A program made the translations under genes and the position numbers. A stretch of DNA of 20,000 nt from an uncultured bacterium (GTDB lineage Bacteria > CAYUVA01): assembly GCA_964448115.1 (NCBI GenBank), contig CAYUVA010000004.1, positions 114,227 through 134,226 on the forward strand, written 5' to 3'. Shown here one piece after another: positions 16,572 to 20,000 of this stretch (position 1 is its first letter; each line of letters opens with the position of its first letter). The notes under the pieces were generated by a model, which searched no databases, was not told the origin of the DNA, and saw only the letters and a program-made list of their open reading frames with translations.

Positions 16572-19553
16572 ATGCGCATCCTAAGGAAGCTGATACCGGT
16601 ATTGGTTGTACTTCTCATCGCCCTGGGGGCATATTTGCGCTATTACGGAGCCTTTGGGGATGCGCTCAATCAGTGGGTGCATCCGGACGAGAACCGCATC
16701 AGCTTCGCCACCAATGATATCAACCTTCCTTCAGCAGCTCGCGTGGGCAATTGCATGCTGGACAAGGAGTCCCTGCATGATAAGTGGAAGTGCCTCCTGG
16801 TGCTATTTGAGGAGCTTAACCCCCATTTCTTCGCTTATGGCTCGCTGCCAATCTATGCCTATCGTTTTACGCAGCTTGCTACGCAGAGCCTGGCGCGCAA
16901 TGAGAAGCTACGATCCTTGGGACGCATCAATGGCATCTTCAACATCGGAAGGTTCTATACACTGCTAGGTTCGGTTGCGACCTTGGTTTTGATATTCCTG
17001 ATCGGCAAGAGGGTTTATGATATCTGGACAGGGCTGCTTGCATTATTCTTTTTAGTCTTTACAGTGCTGCATATTCAGCTCTCAAAGTTCATGACCGTGG
17101 ATGTCATCTTGGTCTTTTTCATCGTGCTCACCCTGCATTACATCATGAAGATCCCCTTCAGCGGCGCCTGGAAGCATTATGTTATCGTGGGGATACTATG
17201 GGGAATGACCTTAGCGACCAAGCTGAATGCCTTGCTGCTTATCGTTCCGCTAGGCTTGGCGCATATTGGCTATCTGGCACGAAGTGGCGAGCTGGGGCAG
17301 CTTGTGCAGCGAGTGATTGATGTCTGGAGAAGCCCTCGCCATATAAGTCACGGGATAAAAAGGGTGCTTTATTGGATATACGATTATGGCATTCGGCGGG
17401 GAATATTGTTGTTGCTTGAGATCCTATTTATCCGCAGTTTCACCAACCTGAAGGTTCATCGCATCATAGTGGTAGCGCTGTTACTGTTGATCACATTTAT
17501 CATTCTTGAGCCGTTTGCGATCATCGACTTCAAGCACTTCATGCGCAGCCTTGGCGAGGAGAGTCGCTGGCTCAAGGGGCACAATCCGCCGGTCTTCATG
17601 CTATCATTTGCCGGCACTCCCAAATATATCTTCCAGATCGAACAGATGGTAACCTGGTCGCTAGGCATCCCGCTGGGATTGTTGGCTTTGGCCGGTGTGC
17701 TTTACATGATATGTGACCTGATAAAGAGGTTCAAGTACGAGAAGCTGATCATCATATCCTGGATGCTCCTATATTTGGCGGTGGTAGGTAATCTTTATGT
17801 GAAGTGGCTCAGGCACATGCTTCCCATAATTCCCTTTATGTGCCTAGCAGCGGCGGTTCTGCCGGTTTCTATCCTTTCCAGGACTAAAAGAGGCTCGGTT
17901 AAGGCGATCTTCATTGTTATCCTGGTCGTAGTCTCATCGTTTACCGTCATCTATACCTGCGCTTTTATGGATATTTACAAGCACTGGAATACCAGGAAAA
18001 AGGCTTCCATGTGGATCTATACCAATGTGCCAGTAGGTAGCAAGGTGCTCGATGAGCACTGGGATGAGGGGCTTCCATCTCCACAGCCGGGCTATTCACC
18101 ATCCATGTACAAAAAGAAAACCCTTCAGATCTACGAGGCTGACACGCAACACAAGTGGAACGATATAATCAATAAGCTGGTCTGGGCTGACTGGATATTC
18201 ATCAACAGCAAGCGGCTCTACGGCTCGACAATGCGCCTGCCGGATCGATATAACCTGACCACCAACTACTACAAGCTGCTCTTCAGCGGACATCTCGGAT
18301 ACGAGCTGGTCAAGACCGTTACCAGCTATCCCACCATCTTCGGTATAGAGATTGTCGATGACCTGGCAGAGGAGAGCTTCAGCGTCTATGATCATCCCAA
18401 GGCTAGTATCTTCAAGAAGGTAAGAAAGCTCTCCCCAGACGAGATGATGGCGCTGATCAAGAACCCACCCAAAGAGGTAAAGAAGCTGACCCTGCAGGAT
18501 ATACTCCTCGCCAGGGAGGATGTGGAACTGGGGGAGAGCAAGCACAGGTTCCTCAACCTAGGTCGGCTGCTGTATAGCAAACCGGACGAGATCGATCGCA
18601 TGGAAAAAGCGGAAATCGCAGAAAAAATCATAACCAAGATACCCAAGGAAAAAGCGGAGAAGCTGCCCCGAAAGAACAATATGTTCATCGGCGGCAAGGG
18701 GGAGCTACCCGCCATGTTCAGTGAGCCGAGGGACATCGATATCGATAGCAAGGGTAATTTCTATGTAGCTGACTTTCGCAATCACCGGGTGCAGAAGTTC
18801 GATAACCAGGGCGACCTTGTTCTTATGTGGGGAAGCCATGGCAGCAAGATGGGGCAGTTCATAGACCTGTCGGGCATTATGGTCGATGCTGATGATGTTA
18901 TTTGGGTGGTCGATACCTGGAACCACCGCATCCAAAAGTTCGATAGCAGCGGCAAGTTCATCGAGGGCTTCAAGGGACCGCTTGGCTTCTTCGCGCCTAT
19001 AGATATCTGCATGGACCGCTTCGGGGATATATATATCACCGACAAGGGGAATAATCGGGTGCAGAAATTCACCCTTGGAGGCAGGAAGTTCGTTACCTCC
19101 TGGGGAGAAGGCGGCGAAATGGATGGTCAATTCAAGGGACCGATGGGTATTGCCGCCAGCCCAAATGACGAGATCTTCGTTGCTGATACACAGAACCGAA
19201 GAATCCAGGTCTTTGACCTAAGCGGGGATTTCATCCGTAGTTTCAAGCTCCCCCAAAGCATCTTCGATGCCGAGGATATCTATATAAGCTACAAGAAAGA
19301 TAATCTATACATAAGCGATTCTGGAAGCGAGCATATATTTGTTACCGATGATAACGGCAGGCTGATAAAGGTGTTCGATGGTAGAGTATTGTTCAACTCT
19401 AATCGAGGTATTACAGTGGATGAAAAGGGTAATGCTTATCTGGTCGATACATGGAACCATCGCATCCGCAAGATAGAGGCAGATAAATTTGTTGAGCCTA
19501 CAAACGATGATATCATTTCGTTATTCGAGGCACTAACAGGTAGCGCAGAATAG
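16572..19553 (+). CDS. PMT/GT39-ArnT-like GT-C glycosyltransferase (HPDE motif) fused to a C-terminal NHL-repeat beta-propeller
   Basis: LR..G...HPDE after TM1, NPHFFAYGSLP, HIQLSKFMTVD, LATK, KWLRHMLP, EHWDEGLP, AEESFSVYDHP and many TM helices. NHL repeats from about 18680 (FSEPRDI.ID, DFRNHRVQKFD, DTWNHRIQKFD, DTQNRRIQVFD). Confidence 0.85.
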   Translation: MRILRKLIPVLVVLLIALGAYLRYYGAFGDALNQWVHPDENRISFATNDINLPSAARVGNCMLDKESLHDKWKCLLVLFEELNPHFFAYGSLPIYAYRFTQLATQSLARNEKLRSLGRINGIFNIGRFYTLLGSVATLVLIFLIGKRVYDIWTGLLALFFLVFTVLHIQLSKFMTVDVILVFFIVLTLHYIMKIPFSGAWKHYVIVGILWGMTLATKLNALLLIVPLGLAHIGYLARSGELGQLVQRVIDVWRSPRHISHGIKRVLYWIYDYGIRRGILLLLEILFIRSFTNLKVHRIIVVALLLLITFIILEPFAIIDFKHFMRSLGEESRWLKGHNPPVFMLSFAGTPKYIFQIEQMVTWSLGIPLGLLALAGVLYMICDLIKRFKYEKLIIISWMLLYLAVVGNLYVKWLRHMLPIIPFMCLAAAVLPVSILSRTKRGSVKAIFIVILVVVSSFTVIYTCAFMDIYKHWNTRKKASMWIYTNVPVGSKVLDEHWDEGLPSPQPGYSPSMYKKKTLQIYEADTQHKWNDIINKLVWADWIFINSKRLYGSTMRLPDRYNLTTNYYKLLFSGHLGYELVKTVTSYPTIFGIEIVDDLAEESFSVYDHPKASIFKKVRKLSPDEMMALIKNPPKEVKKLTLQDILLAREDVELGESKHRFLNLGRLLYSKPDEIDRMEKAEIAEKIITKIPKEKAEKLPRKNNMFIGGKGELPAMFSEPRDIDIDSKGNFYVADFRNHRVQKFDNQGDLVLMWGSHGSKMGQFIDLSGIMVDADDVIWVVDTWNHRIQKFDSSGKFIEGFKGPLGFFAPIDICMDRFGDIYITDKGNNRVQKFTLGGRKFVTSWGEGGEMDGQFKGPMGIAASPNDEIFVADTQNRRIQVFDLSGDFIRSFKLPQSIFDAEDIYISYKKDNLYISDSGSEHIFVTDDNGRLIKVFDGRVLFNSNRGITVDEKGNAYLVDTWNHRIRKIEADKFVEPTNDDIISLFEALTGSAE

Positions 19554-19575
19554 GATCCAGGTCGGCTAAACATGA

Positions 19576-19695
19576 AACATACTGTCCCAAAAGCTAGGGC
19601 AATTTGATCTTGAGTCCGCCTAGGAGACCGCACAGAGGTTAAGGGTAAAGCTCGACAACCTCATCAACAAGCTGAAAGACAAGCTCAATGGCTGA
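19576..19695 (+). pseudogene. Possible remnant of the C-terminus of a four-helix-bundle (23S rRNA IVP-like) gene
   Basis: Frame reads NILSQKLGQFDLESA*ETAQRLRVKLDNLINKLKDKLNG*, reminiscent of 'ILxxxLGY...xxLNxLIxxL' family ends. Internal TAG at 19621 and no start codon. Confidence 0.3.
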
Positions 19696-19758
19696 CAAAT
19701 GGCTTAAGGCTAATGCTCTTCTCTTAAGGATCTTAATGGGGGGCGGCTAGCGTTCTGT

Positions 19759-19801
19759 GTGCTTACGCGCCTGGCTACAAGTATGTCGCCATTTCATGGC
19801 T
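19759..19801. repeat. REP-like double-hairpin element (degenerate)
   Basis: GTGC-TTAC-GCGC ctggcta...tgtc GCCAT-TTC-ATGGC t: two short stems in tandem. Confidence 0.45.
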
Positions 19802-19805
19802 GAGG

Positions 19806-19915
19806 GGACTGGATGCCCGCCGGAGCTTACACCGCACTTGGTGCAGCGCGGGCATGACAAGAAGGGTGGCGATTCCCATAGTTCTGTGATTCCAGCAAAG
19901 GGGGGAATCCAGTCC
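19806..19915. repeat. Inverted pair of dRS3/RPE-like palindromic repeats (CTGGAT.CCCGC...GCGGG.ATGAC type)
   Basis: Copy 1 at 19809-19859 has a perfect ATGCCCGC/GCGGGCAT stem and an inner GCAC/GTGC. Copy 2 at 19885-19912 is TGTGATTCC-agcaaagggg-GGAATCCAG in the opposite orientation. Outer ends GGACTGGAT/ATCCAGTCC are perfectly complementary. Confidence 0.7.
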
Positions 19916-19956
19916 TAAAACGCCTAAGAGAATAGCATTAGGCTCAAACATAAGTA

Positions 19957-20000
19957 ACACACCCCGTCAGCTTAGCTGCCACCCCTCTTTTTAGAGGGGA
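19957..20000. repeat. Palindromic repeat with a CCCCTCT/AGAGGGG hairpin (runs to the window edge)
   Basis: ACACACCCCGT-CAGC-TTA-GCTG-CCA-CCCCTCT-TTTT-AGAGGGG-A. Confidence 0.6.

Noticed and set aside
13557-18934. Identical 23-nt sequence GATACCTGGAACCACCGCATCCA at 13557-13579 and 18912-18934
   Set aside because: It encodes the conserved NHL motif DTWNHRIQ, which has low codon degeneracy; flanks diverge, so it is not evidence of a mobile repeat or recent duplication.
10240-19130. Numerous 60-216 aa minus-strand or alternate-frame ORFs within the GT cluster
   Set aside because: They lie wholly or almost wholly over long, motif-supported plus-strand genes and have no independent evidence.
19775-19960. 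61-aa minus-strand ORF
   Set aside because: It runs through palindromic repeat elements and shows no protein-like features.

Overview
Gene-dense chromosomal window, probably from a diderm (LPS-making), anaerobic-capable bacterium. Left: the 3' end of a divergent class III ribonucleotide reductase (NrdD-like, with altered radical-loop motifs), then heptosyltransferase waaF. Middle: a tightly coupled minus-strand run of Hsp20, Lon, ThiL, an FHA/Yip1 membrane protein, an ECF sigma, a zinc anti-sigma and a lipoprotein. Right, transcribed divergently: an unknown exported protein, a Dol-P-glucose-synthase-like GT2 and three large GT-C-type membrane proteins (TIGR03663/Agl23-like + NHL propeller, DUF2298/'Chlor_Arch_YYY', and an HPDE-motif PMT-like protein + NHL propeller). 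Together these look like an uncharacterised lipid-carrier-dependent extracytoplasmic glycosylation system. The DUF2298 gene is bracketed by long-range periodic inverted repeats with a nested hairpin, the TIGR03663 gene carries a G9 tract, and the last 450 bp hold several different palindromic repeats and a possible gene remnant. All family assignments come from motif recognition by eye; no searches were run.
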